The notes under the pieces are model-generated. The model was not told the DNA's origin. It ran no database searches and saw only the letters and a program-made list of their open reading frames with translations. The translations under genes and the position numbers were made by a program. From positions 27,330,797 through 27,394,796 of the forward strand of contig NC_069002.1 of NCBI RefSeq assembly GCF_001194135.2: DNA of 64,000 bases. The letters run 5' to 3'. Source of the DNA: Octopus bimaculoides. Its lineage: Eukaryota. Shown piece after piece: positions 50,018 through 63,753 of this stretch (positions are counted from its first letter, which is position 1; each line of letters starts with the position of its first letter).

Positions 50018-51541
50018 TATATATATACTCTTTTACTTGTTTCAGTCATTTGACTGCAGCCATGCTGGAACACCACCTTTAGTCGACCTTTAGACGGTAT
50101 ATTGATGTGAGCTGTCTAGCGTGAGTTCGAAAGATGGAGAAACAGCTAGACACGTCCTTGCTCAATCGCTGGTCAGCAAGAAAGAGATCGATCAAAGCGG
50201 GAAAGCTTGGCTGTTGAATTCCACGCATGCGCACGGCGTTACTACAGCATTATCAGACGTGTCCTTCAATTTTTAAGTCGGTAAAGATGCATTTAGCGAG
50301 GAATTTGGTTGTTGTAATTATTTCTTCGACTGGTTTGCTAATCAACTTGTTAAAAGACTTTGGTTGTAATGTTTCTCACCTCCACGCCAACTTTGTTTTT
50401 TCATAACTTGAAAAAATAGATATTTTTTAATGAAAATTTTTTAGTAAATACCTTTCAAATGTTACGAATTACGGTTATACTAGAATTTCATGCAAAGAAA
50501 AAGAGAATAGAATTTGTTGAGTGTTCATACATAAATACTGACGTACGAAAATTATGTGATGAGCGTCAGTATATACGTGCGCACCCACAAATTCTTTTCT
50601 TGTTTTTCACTTTGAATTCCTATATAATCTCTATTTACTACATCTAAAAGGTATTTAACGGTGAGCGTGTTAAATTTCAAGGTACAATAAGAAAATGACT
50701 CTCCCCAGACACAACAGAGTATTTGTAGATTTCTATTAAAAAAATATCCACTTTCCTAAAAGCTATAAAGAAACAAAATCGGTGGGGCACAATTGTGTAG
50801 TTATACTCTGTAATTTACACTGAAAAAACCTCAACAAGAGACAAAACCTAACAACAAACATATGACATTAATAAACAAAAAACACTAACAATAATATATG
50901 AAAACAACACCACAACACATTGCAACGTATAACAATGACATACCGAGAGACTATCTACGTAATCACCCGACCTGCTAGAAATAATAGCCAAATCGTCCTA
51001 TCACACACTAGCGTCTTTAAAAAAAATGGAGCGAGGAGATGTATGATAAGGAACTAGGTTCCTTGTAAATAGGGAAAAAAGATGGCATGGTCACGGAGGG
51101 ACTGCTTTTGTTCATAACTTCGTTCAGTGAGAGTTGAACGGGATTTAATCTTATCTTACAGATAATAAAATGCAATGTGTGTCCCGTCGGTCACGCTCGG
51201 GAAAGCAAAATAAAACGACAAACGGAGGGAGTGAGTAACAGTCAGAGACGTTGAACAGCATTCAAAGATCTTGCTCTGAAGACGCTGGAAGTCCAATCAA
51301 AATATAGCTGCAAATTTTGATCGTAAATTGTATTTAGATATCAGTTTCGCATACACATATTTAAGTAGATAAATGAAATTATGAAATTAAATATCAAACT
51401 CTTGTCTTCAAAATATTACCGTCCACCTAACATATATATAAATGTTATGTGAACGATAATTAATAATAATAAATGTATGTGTATGAGAGTATATAAGTAT
51501 ATATATATCTATATCTATGTACGTATATATATATATATATA

Positions 51542-52786
51542 CAGGATGTCCCCCAAAAATGTATACACACTTTAGCAGCTGATAACTCAATTGATGTTTT
51601 GTTTTTCCAGATGAAACCCATTGGAATTAATTATGGCAGATAGACTAAGCTTTGAACAAAGGAAACTCGTTCTAAAATGCTACTGGAGGTGTGAAAATGC
51701 AGTTGAAGTGCAAAGACAGTTTAGGAGGGAGTTTCAAACAGATTCACCACCGCGACTTACCATCATTCGAATTAGAGATAAGTTTGAAGCTGATGGAACT
51801 GTTCAGAAGCGTTCTGCAAGACCACGAATATCGACAACGCCCACAAAGCAAGAAGGAGTGCTGGAAACGTATCACCAAAGTCCAAGAAAATCTGTGCTGC
51901 AAGCGAGTCGTGAGGTAGGTATTTCAAAATCGTTTGTCCAAAGCATTTTGAACTGTTGTCAATGGAAAAGTTACGTTCCAAGATTAGTCCATGCCATTAA
52001 TGACGATGATCCAGACCGAAGAGTGCAGTATTGCGAGTGATACTTGGCATGATGTGTAGAAGAAGCACACTTTCCAACAAATATTGTGTGGAGTGATGAG
52101 GCCACATTCAAATTAAATGGTTCAATTAACCGTCACAATTGCACTTACTGGAGACCTGAGAATCCGTATGTTATGGTGGAAGGCCATGTTAATTTACCGG
52201 GAGTTACAGTGTGGTGTGGTGTAGTTTATCATCAAGAAGATTAATGGACCGTTCCTTTTTGACGCTTCTGTGACTGGTCCCGTTTACTTGAACTTGCTGC
52301 AACAGTCTGTCATGCCAAGCATTACAGAAGACTTTGAAGATGAAAGATAAGGAGTTTTATTTTCAGCAAGATGGGGCACCCCCACACTATCATTGTGATG
52401 TTAGATCCTTCCTTGAGGAGATCTTGGCAAACAGGTGGATTGGACTAAGGGGTTTCCTTGGATACCCTTCGCGTTCACCAGACCTCACACCACAAGACAT
52501 TTTAAAGGGGATACCTAAAAAGACAAAGTCTACGTTATGAAACCCGCAACAGTCGTTGATTTGAGAGCAGCCATTGACCGAAAATGCACACAAATGCCAA
52601 ACGAATTGTTTCGTGATGTTTGCAATTCCATTGCTTCGTGTTGTCAGCAGCGCCTGGACAAGAGCGGACGTCAGTTTGAAAACAGACATTTACAAAACAA
52701 TAAAATAATGTCTGTAGGAAATAAAATGTATTTTAATAAACACCTTTACAATTATTTAAAGTGTGTATACATTTTTGGGGGACACC

Positions 52787-52789
<3 letters not shown>
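51542..52789 (+). mobile_element. DD41D (rosa-type) Tc1/mariner transposon, full length, inactivated
   Basis: About 30-bp TIRs (GTCCCCCAAAAATGTATACACACTTTA at both ends) inside (TA)n. N-terminal HTH ...[18 protein letters not shown]..., first D in IVWSDEATF, and QQDGAPPHY...SPDLTPQD with 41 residues between the last two Ds. Internal stops and frameshifts. Confidence 0.92.
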
Positions 52790-52845
<56 letters not shown>

Positions 52846-55004
52846 TATATGTATATGTACACCTGTGGGTGGGTATACACACACACACACACACACATAC
52901 ACACATGTATTATATGGACGATATTTTTAACCGAGACGTTACGACCATATCTGATTCTTCAAATGCTTCAATTCTGTGTATGTATATGTGTATGTAGATT
53001 GCTGACACTTATCAATGGCTTCTCTTATTATTACTGTGCCATCTTCTGTCATTAATAAAACTATCGGCATTTCTGACGACACGGGTATACTAGTAAATAA
53101 TACATGACATGGCGACAACGGTAAAGCCTCAGTGGTAGCAAGTATTACTAGAAATAACAACCAAAGCTCACACAAACCACGGTTGGATCTTTTCAATCTG
53201 TCAGATTGAAAAGATCCAACCAGGACGCACACATTAAATGATGTAGTCCTAGATATATTTATGAAGAAAGAAAGAAAGAAAGAAGACGGAATTATCAAAC
53301 TTGGTATGTTTTCGGTATCCGATCAAGGATTGCCTGAGGATAAACAACAACGATGACGAAATCAACGCCGAGTGGAAGAATCGTCAGAGCATCGGAGAAA
53401 ACACTTGTGTTATTTAGTTGCGGTCATTCGGTACCGAGTTTGAAATCCCGCCTGCGAGGTCAAATTTGCTTTTCAAACTTCCGGCAACACTGAAGGAGGC
53501 GCAGTACAAACACACACAAATATACATTCCTTTGGTCCAAAATAGTTGTGGATGGAATTGGAAAAGAAAACCAGACAGTCTTCGAGGAAGAGTAAGTTGG
53601 ATCCAAAAAAAAAAAAATAGCAGTAACGAACGAAAAGTTGGAACAAATTAGATTTAGCGCTAATTTTTAATGAAAATCAACCTTATAAATTATAGGCTTT
53701 ATCTATTTGAGTTCCGATTAAAGGAAAACAAAAAGAAAAGAAAGGGCCTCGATTTATCACTTGTTTAATATATTTAACCCCTTGCCTGTTCAAAGTATTT
53801 TCATAAGTTGGTCATAAACGTCCACGCTTGTTTACGGACTTTTAATTTAGCCCTCGTTTCAGGCAATCTCAGTAACATAAAGCTTTCCTTTCATAAGTCT
53901 CAAGTTACTCTGGTGGTGGAAATAAATTGTGAATGTGTATCATATATGATGCATGGACACCAGAGAAATATGAATAGACAGGAGAGGCCAAGGGTTAAAT
54001 TTAAATACCTATGTTTCATACTAAAATTTCGTCTTCAATAGTGATGGAAGTGGGTATTATATACTGAGGAGAGGGTGAGTACTCTAAGGTCCGAAAGGCT
54101 GAAATCGAGAAGGTGAGACTAGACATTCTAGCTACCCTCAGCCGTCTCTGAGTTGAAAACTAAGTCAATGCCACACCCCTGCGTACTACCCACAAAACTC
54201 CAGCACTGGTCTTTAATTACATTCTACTGAAGTTTGGGGGAAGGACTGTTTATGATTTTTCGTACATTTGTACGCGACATACTGCAAATGGTTTCATTAA
54301 TAACATGTTGAAGAAACAAAGAAAGAAATAGATAGATAGATATTAAAAAAAAAACAGCCTGATTTATTTACACAGACATATATATACGGGGAGAGTTTAC
54401 AAAGAACTAAATGTTTAATAGGTTCTGATAGAAATGATATCGGATTTCACCAAGTGGAGTCATTGTGTAAGAGAGTGACATATTTTAGTTAAACAGAATT
54501 TCAGTGAAAAACATGAGTTTCTATTATTTACATATACACACGTATGCATGTGCGAGCGTGTATATATACATTCGGATATGTATGCATGTATATGTATGTA
54601 CATATATGTGTGTGTACGTGCGTATAGTTACTTCGAGGCCAGTACCAACTTCAGTGTCCGAACCCTGTCATCGTAAAAATAAATTTAAAACTCGTACGTA
54701 TTGAGTGCTTTCTCAACATACATACATACATTTATGCATGAATGTATGTGTATACATATCTACGTATATGCATATGTGCGTGAGTATATATATATATATA
54801 TATACTCTTTTACTTGTTTCAGTCATTTGACTGCGGCCATGCTGGAGCACCGCCTTTAGTCGAGCAAATCGACCTCGGGACTTATTCTTTGTAAGCCTAG
54901 TACTTATTCTACCGGTCTCTTTTGCCGAACCGCTAAATGACGGGGACATAAACACACCAGCATCGGTTGTCAAGCAATGCTAGGAGGACAAACACAGACA
55001 CACA

Positions 55005-55041
<37 letters not shown>

Positions 55042-55417
55042 GCACGTCAAAAACTACCTGTATATTTGCATGCACAGATAGCAGATAGATTGACAATAAA
55101 ACCCTGAGGGTGAGTTCGTTACATAGAAACTCCTCATATTTAGTTTGCATCTACGAGCTTAAACCGAAGATTGTGGTTTCGAATCAAGGGTTGAGGTATA
55201 TATTAGTTCTTTTTACTGGCTTATTGCTTACAACTCATAAAAACGAAGATTTTCTTGATTTTTTTTATATAAACACAAATAGATAGATATTGGTAGATAA
55301 TGAATCGAAGGATAAATAAATCTGATTAGTAAGACAAATACTCGTAAAATAAGATAAGATTCTAGCACGAATCCAATTGCAACATCGACCATAATTCACT
55401 CTCAATATTCCAGGATT

Positions 55418-55590
55418 TGCAAGGCGGATTGGCAGAATCGTCAGCACGCCGGCTTAGCGGTATTTTGTCTGTCTTTACGTTCTGAGGTCAAATTCCGCCG
55501 AGGTCGACTTTGCCTTTAATCCTTTCGCGGTCGATAAATTAAGTGCCAGTCGCATACTGGAATCGATCTAATCACCCCCCCCCCCCCGAA
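55418..55590 (+). mobile_element. SINE family D ((ATT)n-associated); representative copy
   Basis: TGGCAGAATCGTCAGCACGCC...GAGGTCAAATTCCGCCGAGGTCGACTTTGCCTTT..TCC. Related copies at about 3030-3245(-), 24735-24960(-), 24985-25300, 27400-27600(-), 27650-27800(-), 61090-61215. Confidence 0.75.
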
Positions 55591-56384
55591 TGTGACCATA
55601 AAATGGTAATTAACTCGATTTAATTAATCAGTCGCTATTTATGTAAAATTAGGACTTATTTGTGGATTGGGTGAAAAATATTGTTTGTCGTTTCTATGGA
55701 GGGCGATTGTTGTTTACGTAGATTCGGCAACTTTATCATATATATATATACATATATATATGTATACATGCATACACATATATACACGTTGTACAGACGC
55801 ACAGATATATATGTTATATATATAAGGGGAAAAAACCACTTACTCCGGCTGTTTTAGTATATTGTCTGAGACCTGATTGTAAACAACACAGCTAATAATA
55901 ATAATAATAATAATAATCCTTTCACTTCAGAAATACATATTTTCATACGGTACCCCATACATTCCTTACCATTTATATTCCATTTCTTCGTAATTTTTTT
56001 TTTTTAAGAGCACAACGCATTTACAATTACTAACCTCGCCCAAAACTCCCATTCAAGTTAAACGAGGAAATGAAAAGCTATCAAAGAGGGAATATATTAA
56101 CAGATTTACTTAATGAACATTGATTTGTGTGTGAAAAAGCTCGGTTAAATAACCAACATAAATATATAAATAATAAACGCGAACGCATACTTAATGTGTG
56201 TATGTATATGTATGTATATATGTATGTATAATATGCATGAAGTAAACATAAACTAGCTTTCTGGTATTCCTTTCGTATTCCTTCAAGTTTATAGGGGGTC
56301 CCCAAGTAGGGTGGATGATGTAGGAGTCATTTTTATATATGTTACGTGAGCGTGTATACACACACACACACACGGTCAATTCTT

Positions 56385-56419
<35 letters not shown>

Positions 56420-59400
56420 AAGCATGGAGAGAGAGAAAGAGCTAGCAATCAATGTTTAGAAGCTGAGCTGGACGAGAGGAGAGAAGAAAGGGTTAGGTGC
56501 TATGAGGGTACTCTGCTGAGTTTGTTTGGGGTACGTCAGAAATGTTTATGTTTCGATAGAAGTCTTGGACGGGAACAAGAACCAGCAAAACACTTCGAAT
56601 AATCTTATTTCTCAGGTGTACCTATACCAGTGTATGCACAAACACACATACACACGCACCGTTTCTATCGCAGGCGTAAATAAACATTGGAAAACCGATC
56701 GTTAGATGTAAAAAACATAAATATGAAAGGAGATGTCAGCTTACCTTAATTGATCTGTATAAAATGGGTAGGAAGGTACAGAAAGCGAGAGCCGCCAATG
56801 AAGGCTTTGTCTTCGAGTGGAAGCAACAATTTCTTAATAAAGGTGGGAAAATCTAACGAGAGTATGACAGATGAGAGACACGGTCAAAGGTGATGCGAAC
56901 TGCGGGAATGGTTGCAAACGTCTTCGCAACAGCACTCCTGCATGTATACTGAATGGAACCCGCTCTCGTTACATCTACCCCTCTCGAGAAACGTCAGGCA
57001 ACGAGATTCTCACTGGTGCCCCTATGGTTGGTTGAATGAGAGGAATAAGTAAGCAACGGAATTAATGTAAGAATATGAGCTGAAGGGGCGACAGAAGATA
57101 AAGTGACAGAGAGAGAGAGAGAGAAAGAGAAGTATTGGTGGTGTGTGCGGGAGAGGGGGAACAGTCGATCAAAGACGAGGCAAGAGAATGAAAGAGTGAA
57201 AGTTGGTATAAGCGAAAGAGAGAGGAAGGGGTGGTGAGTAAATGACAAAGTGATAGAAAGAAAGTTTGTGACAGTGTAAGAAACAACGAGAGTATAAGAA
57301 ATAGTAGAGGGAGAGCGAGAGAGAGAAAGGCGCTTTTAATTATCGACATCGTCGTATTTTACGTCTGCCTTACATACCGATGTAGGATGTGTCGTAAGTG
57401 TCCCAGTCCGTATTTAGAGCTGTTTGCCCTCTTAGACGCGTCGGTGATCACGTATTTCTCCTACTTTTCATTTTTCATCCTGGTTTTTACTTCTGTATCT
57501 CTTTCCTGACACCAACCACTTTACAGAATGTACTATGTGCCCATTATCATGGTCCTCGCATTACAGAGACTATTTTCTCCTTGGTAAGACCGACGCGGTG
57601 GTGGGGGGTCTTTTCTGCGCTATAATTTCTTCATTCATCATTCAATTCACTTGACATATTGTAGAGAGTTTATTTTACGATAACATCAGCATTTTAGAGG
57701 CCACTTCACACCACCTTCAACCACCACCACCACCACCACCAGCAAGACTAGGGAGATATCTCAACTTCAAACACTGTCTCTGGTCAAAGCAATATGATTG
57801 AAAAGGTTACTAGAAAACAGAATGATGAAGAAAAGAACTGGGCTGAAAAAGGTATTAGAGGAAAGAGGTAGTAATGGAAGAGAGACAGTGATGGGTAGCT
57901 GCATGTTGCTTGTTTGTTGTTGGTAAGGAGAGTGGACAGAAAAACAGCAGGAATGGCATAATGGGAAGAAAGGGTGACAAGAAGGAGAGAGTGTGATAGA
58001 GAAGGAGAGAGGGAGACTGGAGAAGAGAGAAAGGGATGAATATCAATCAATGATAAGGGAGGAAGTAATGGAAGAGAAAGAGTGATGGTTTGCAATAAAG
58101 GAAAATGATGATATGGAGGATTGAATATGGGTGTACCTGATGCCATCCCTCATTACACAGGCAACATGAAGGGGAAGAGGTAGAGAGATAGTAAAGAGGT
58201 AAAGCTTGCTAGACCTGAATGAAGACAAATTCATACTGCAATCATTGCCAACCGTCATTTTAACAATGATTTTGCCATACTTGGACAGGTGAACAGGTTT
58301 TCTCCCACGTCACAGGTTACCAATAATTTGTGGTCCTTTGTCATTTTGTAACTCTTCTGAGATCAGGTTTTATCACATCATCCTATATCTTCCATTGTGT
58401 TCCTCCCCCAAAGGTATTATCCACTTTAAGTGCATTGCATTTCTTTAATCTAGAGATAAATACAAATGTGGTTGTGTGGTAAGAAGCTTGCTTCCCAACC
58501 ACATGATTCCAGGTTCAGTCCCACTACAGTCCTACTACAGCCTCAGGCCGACCAAAGACTTATGAGTAAGTTTGGTAGATGGAAACTGAAAGCAGCCCCT
58601 GTGTATGGTGGGGGGAGGGTGTCTGTGTCTGTCCCTTACTACTGCTTGACAACTAGTATTGGTGTGCCTACCTCCTCATAACTTAGTGGTTTGGCAAAAG
58701 AGATCAACAGAATAGATATCAAGCTTAAAAATCATAAGTGCCAGGGACAATTTGCTTGACTAAAATTCTTCTGGGTGGTGCCCCAGCATGACCACTATCT
58801 AATGACTAAAACAAGTAATAAAAATGAATAAAATATATTATTTGCACGTGTAAAGACATTCGAGTGAGATTGTTGCCAGTGCTGCTGGACTGGCTCCTGT
58901 GTAGGTGGCACATAAAATACACTATTCTGAGTGTGGACATTGCCAGTAACGCCTGACTGGCCTTCGTGCCGGTGGCATGTAAAAGCACCCACTACACTCT
59001 CGGAGTGGTTGGCGTCAGGAAGGGCATCCAGCTGTAGAAACTCTGCCAAATCAGATTGGAGCCTGGTGTAGCCATCTGGTTCACCAGTCCTCAGTCAAAT
59101 CATCCAACCCATGCTAGCATGGAAAGCAGACGTTAAACGATGATGATGATGATGATATTATATGCCCACAGCTGTTTTGTCTTATGTCAATTTTTATTCT
59201 CTCAGTTTATTTTGTAAGCCATCGTTCGTGTACACTAAACTTACACAGCCATTAGATGACTTCAGAATAAGCTAGGTGGCCTGTGAGACAAGGCAGTGTG
59301 GAGAAAGAAGGCCAAACTCTTTGGCCTAATATATGTTCAAAGCAATCACCACTGATGATGTGTATTGGGAGAATGATGAGAGACTTTGAACAAAGAGGAT

Positions 59401-59599
59401 TGGTGTGAGTTTCTATGACATAATCTGCTGCAAGCTATAGATCAGATCTGTGTTTGGAGCAAGGTTCAAGTGAGACAAAAGTGAAACAGTTGCAATGCAA
59501 GTGAGTCTGAGATGAGCCAATTCCATGGACATGGAATTTGGCTCATTTGGAGATATAGATATGGTGCCTGTAGAGTAAAAGTTGGTGAAGGTGCATGGT

Positions 59600-59935
59600 T
59601 CAGTGGTTAGAGCATTGGGCTCACAACCATGAGATAGAGAGATTGATTTCCAGATTGGGTTGTGTGTTGTGTTCTTGAGCAAGACCCTTTATTTCACATT
59701 GCTCCAGTTCCTTCAGCTGTAGAAATGAGTTGCGATGTCACTGGCGCCAAGCTGTATTGGCCCCTTTGCCTTTTCCTTGGATAACATCTGTGGCATGGAG
59801 AGTGGAGGCTGGTATGCATGGGCAACTGCTGCTCTTCCATATACAACCTTGCCCAGACTTGTTCCTCAGAGGGTAACTTTCTAGGTGCAATCCCATAGTC
59901 ATTCATTACTAAAGGGGGTCTTTACCCTTTACCAA
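59600..59935 (+). mobile_element. tRNA-derived SINE with CORE-like block (GTGTTCTTGAGCAAGAC..TTTATTTCAC), family F
   Basis: A box TGGTTCAGTGG followed by the conserved block. Related heads at about 3511-3800(-), 4545-4820, 28225-28845, 39960-40160, 44120-44370. Confidence 0.7.
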
Positions 59936-60710
59936 GCCTGTAGAATGCTGCATCTCAGGTGACATCTGGTGTGCTCTCAGTAGCCCTGGAAAATCCATGT
60001 CCGTAATGAATCACTGCTCTGAAGTCAGTTCTTACCCATCATCTGCAGATAGTTTCCTGTACTGTGTGTCACTTGTGATATACAGAACATGTTTCATCAG
60101 CATCCATTTTGATGATATGAGTGTATATTTTTTAGGATGACATTGTAGATTAGATGTGAGATGTCATATCTGGTCAGTTTGAGTATAAAACAGGTAGAAT
60201 ATTTAGGCCGGATTTGGCTGGTTTAAATGCTAAAAGGTTATCTAATCTCCTTCTTTTAACTTTCAAGTAATAGGTTTATACTGAATCAATCAATCAATTA
60301 AATTCTAGTCCCAAGTCCCAACTAGAATGATACGACACTTGCTCCCCCCTCTCCTTTGTTTAAATTATAATACAAATCATCTGTACAGTTTCCTATGTAA
60401 ATACTCGGAGTAACGTAATGAAATTAACATAATCTGTTAATAGTCAAGCAAAACAACTTCTATGCATTATATCAATAACATGCTGGTGACATATTGGGGG
60501 TTTAGACTGACAATATAACCTTTACTCACTTTAGACCATTGACATGTTTTTGTTGTTGTTGTTACTTAGATTGTTGTTATTACTTCAGATGGCAACAGGA
60601 TGCAATTATATACACACACACACACACATATATTTCTATATGCACACATTCATATATGTATATGCATACATAACGTATTTACATACATATACATATCTAT
60701 TGTATATATT

Positions 60711-60752
<42 letters not shown>

Positions 60753-61488
60753 ACACACGCATACATGTTTGTATACATATTCATACATATATACATAAAT
60801 ATACATACATGCATTCACACCCACACACATGTATCTATCTATCTATCTATCCTAACTTTCTATCTATTTATCTATTCTCAGAAAGCACCAACATTCCTCA
60901 TTTGTATTCTGGGAAACTAAAATGAAAATATTTTCTGGTGTAATATTTGTTCTCAAGTTAGATTTTTTTTTTAATATTGATTTTTCTTTCTTTTCTTTTT
61001 CTTTTTTTTAATTTTCAGTTAAAGCAGTATGTCAGTTATTGATTGAACAGCTGAGTCATTCAAAGATTGACAAAATCAGTAGGGCATCTGGCAAAACAGC
61101 ATGTGGTATTTAGCATCCCTTTACATTCTGAGTTCAAATCCTGTGAAGACCAATTTTGCCTTTCATCATTCTGGAGTTAATAAAATAAAATACTTGTCTC
61201 CTACTGGGGGTTCATATAAGGCCCCTTCCTACACAAAGGAACTACGTTAGTAATCAATGGCTGTGTGCTAAGAAGCTTGCTTCCCAACCACATGGTTTGC
61301 AGTTCAGTTCCATTGTGTACCCTGGGTGGTCGACCAAAGTTTTGAGTAGACTTGGGGACAGAAAGAGAAAGAAGCTCCTTTTATAAAATCAGATTGGAGC
61401 CTGGTGTAGCCATCTGGTTCACCAGTCCTCTGTCAAATCGTCCAACCCATGCTAGCATGGAAAGCGGACGTTAAATGATGATGATGAC

Positions 61489-61668
61489 TATTGTATGAAG
61501 AATCGTGGGTAAGGCCAGAACAATGCGAAGTAAATGCAAGGCAAATCACAAGAAAACAAATATTGAATACAAGGTAAGTCTACATTAATTCATATATTTG
61601 TTTTCTTGTGATATGCCTTGCATTTATTTTGTATTATTCTGTCCTTACCCACGATCCTTTATACAATA
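61489..61668. repeat. Foldback element, same family as 46462-46670
   Basis: The arms pair with each other, and the loop motif AAGGTAAGTCTACATTAATTC is identical to the 46.5 kb copy. Confidence 0.85.
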
Positions 61669-62079
61669 TATTCTACACAATGCTTCATAGTAATTATTCC
61701 ATATATGTATATACACACACACACACATATATATATATACATGTACAGTTGGAATTTACAAAAAAAAACAAAAGACGAAGGCAGGTGTATTAGTTTAACA
61801 CTCGGGAAGATGAGAAAGTCTTTTATGTTTTGAGCGTATGCTCTTCAACAGAAAGGAACACAAGAAAATAAAGAGAGAGAGAATAAAAAAAAAACTTTAG
61901 TGGCTAGTGGTCAATCATGGCGATTGACCAGCTTCTTTTGGTTTCCGTCCACCAAATCCACTCACAAGGCTTTGGTTGGCTTGAGGCTATAGTAGAAGAC
62001 ACTTGCCCAAGTTGCCATGCAGTGGGACTGAACCCGGAACCATATGGTTGGTAAGCAATCTACTTACTACACAGCCACA

Positions 62080-62123
<44 letters not shown>

Positions 62124-63075
62124 GAGTTTTTGTTTGTCCTCCATCACCGCTTGACAACCAGTGTTGGTTTGTTTTCATCTCAGTAACTTAGCTGTTCAGC
62201 CAATAGAGAATGATAGAGCAAGTACCAGGGATCGAATTGTGCGACTAAAACATTTGCAAGCAGTGCCCCAAGATGGCTGCATTCCAATGACTGAAACAAG
62301 TAAAAGAAGTGTGTGCATGTGTGTAAGCATGTCTGTGTGTACGAGCATGTGTTTGAGTGTGTGTGTGTATGTGTATGTGTATGTGAGAGGCAGTGTGGTT
62401 AAAGTCTTCACAACAACATAAACTTAGATTCAGTCTGACTGACCAGCGCCTTGTTAGTGGAATTGGTAAAGAGAAACTGAATAGAGCCCATCATATATGT
62501 GTGTGTGAGTATGTAAATGTGGGTATATATATGTATGTGTATATTCTTTTATTTGTTTCAATCATTTGATTGTGGCCATGCTGGAGCACTGCCTTTAGTA
62601 GAACCAATTGACCCCAAGACTTATTCTTTGTAAGCCTAGTACTTATTCTATCGGTCTCTTTTTCTGAACCGCTAAGTTATGGGAGCGCAGACACACCAGC
62701 ATTGGTTGTCAAGCGATGGTGGGGGGGACAAACACAGACATACAAACATATATACATATATACAACAGGCTTCTTTCAGTTTCTGTCTACGAAATCCACT
62801 CACAAGGCTTTAGTTGGCCCCCCGAGGCTATAATAGAAGACACTTGTCCAAGGTGCCATGCGGTGGGACTGAACCCGTAACCATGTGGTTGGTTAGCAAG
62901 CTACTCCGGTGCCTATATATATATATATGACAGGCTTCTTTCAGTTTCCCTCTACCAAATTCACTCACAAGGCTTTGGTCGGCTCGAGGCTATAGTAGAA
63001 TACACTTGCCCAAAGTGCCACTGAACCCATAACCATGTGGTTGATTAGCAAGCTACTTACCACACAGCCACTCAT

Positions 63076-63107
<32 letters not shown>

Positions 63108-63298
63108 TGGTTCTTTTATTTCTTTACTTGTTTCAGCCATTTTGACTGTGGCTATGTTGGAGCATCACCTTGGAGGGTTTTAGTCGAACAAATCAACTCC
63201 AGGATTTATTTTTTTAAAGCCTAGTACTTATTCTATTGGTCTCTTTTGCTGAGTCGCTAAGTTATGGGGACATAAACACACCAACACCAGTACATACA

Positions 63299-63348
<50 letters not shown>

Positions 63349-63708
63349 NNNNNNNNNNNNNNNNNNNNNNNNNNNNNNNNNNNNNNNNNNNNNNNNNNNN
63401 NNNNNNNNNNNNNNNNNNNNNNNNNNNNNNNNNNNNNNNNNNNNNNNNNNNNNNNNNNNNNNNNNNNNNNNNNNNNNNNNNNNNNNNNNNNNNNNNNNNN
63501 NNNNNNNNNNNNNNNNNNNNNNNNNNNNNNNNNNNNNNNNNNNNNNNNNNNNNNNNNNNNNNNNNNNNNNNNNNNNNNNNNNNNNNNNNNNNNNNNNNNN
63601 NNNNNNNNNNNNNNNNNNNNNNNNNNNNNNNNNNNNNNNNNNNNNNNNNNNNNNNNNNNNNNNNNNNNNNNNNNNNNNNNNNNNNNNNNNNNNNNNNNNN
63701 NNNNNNNN

Positions 63709-63753
<45 letters not shown>

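Larger units (their letters stand above)
50080..57620. promoter_or_regulatory. CpG-retaining domain, candidate unmethylated promoter/5' region
   Basis: Manual count: about 16 CpG in 50080-50340, versus 2 in 10021-10740 and about 3-4 in 57620-58440. NRF1-like CGCATGCGCA at 50224-50233; several strong splice donors; GA tracts at 57100-57330. Confidence 0.55.
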
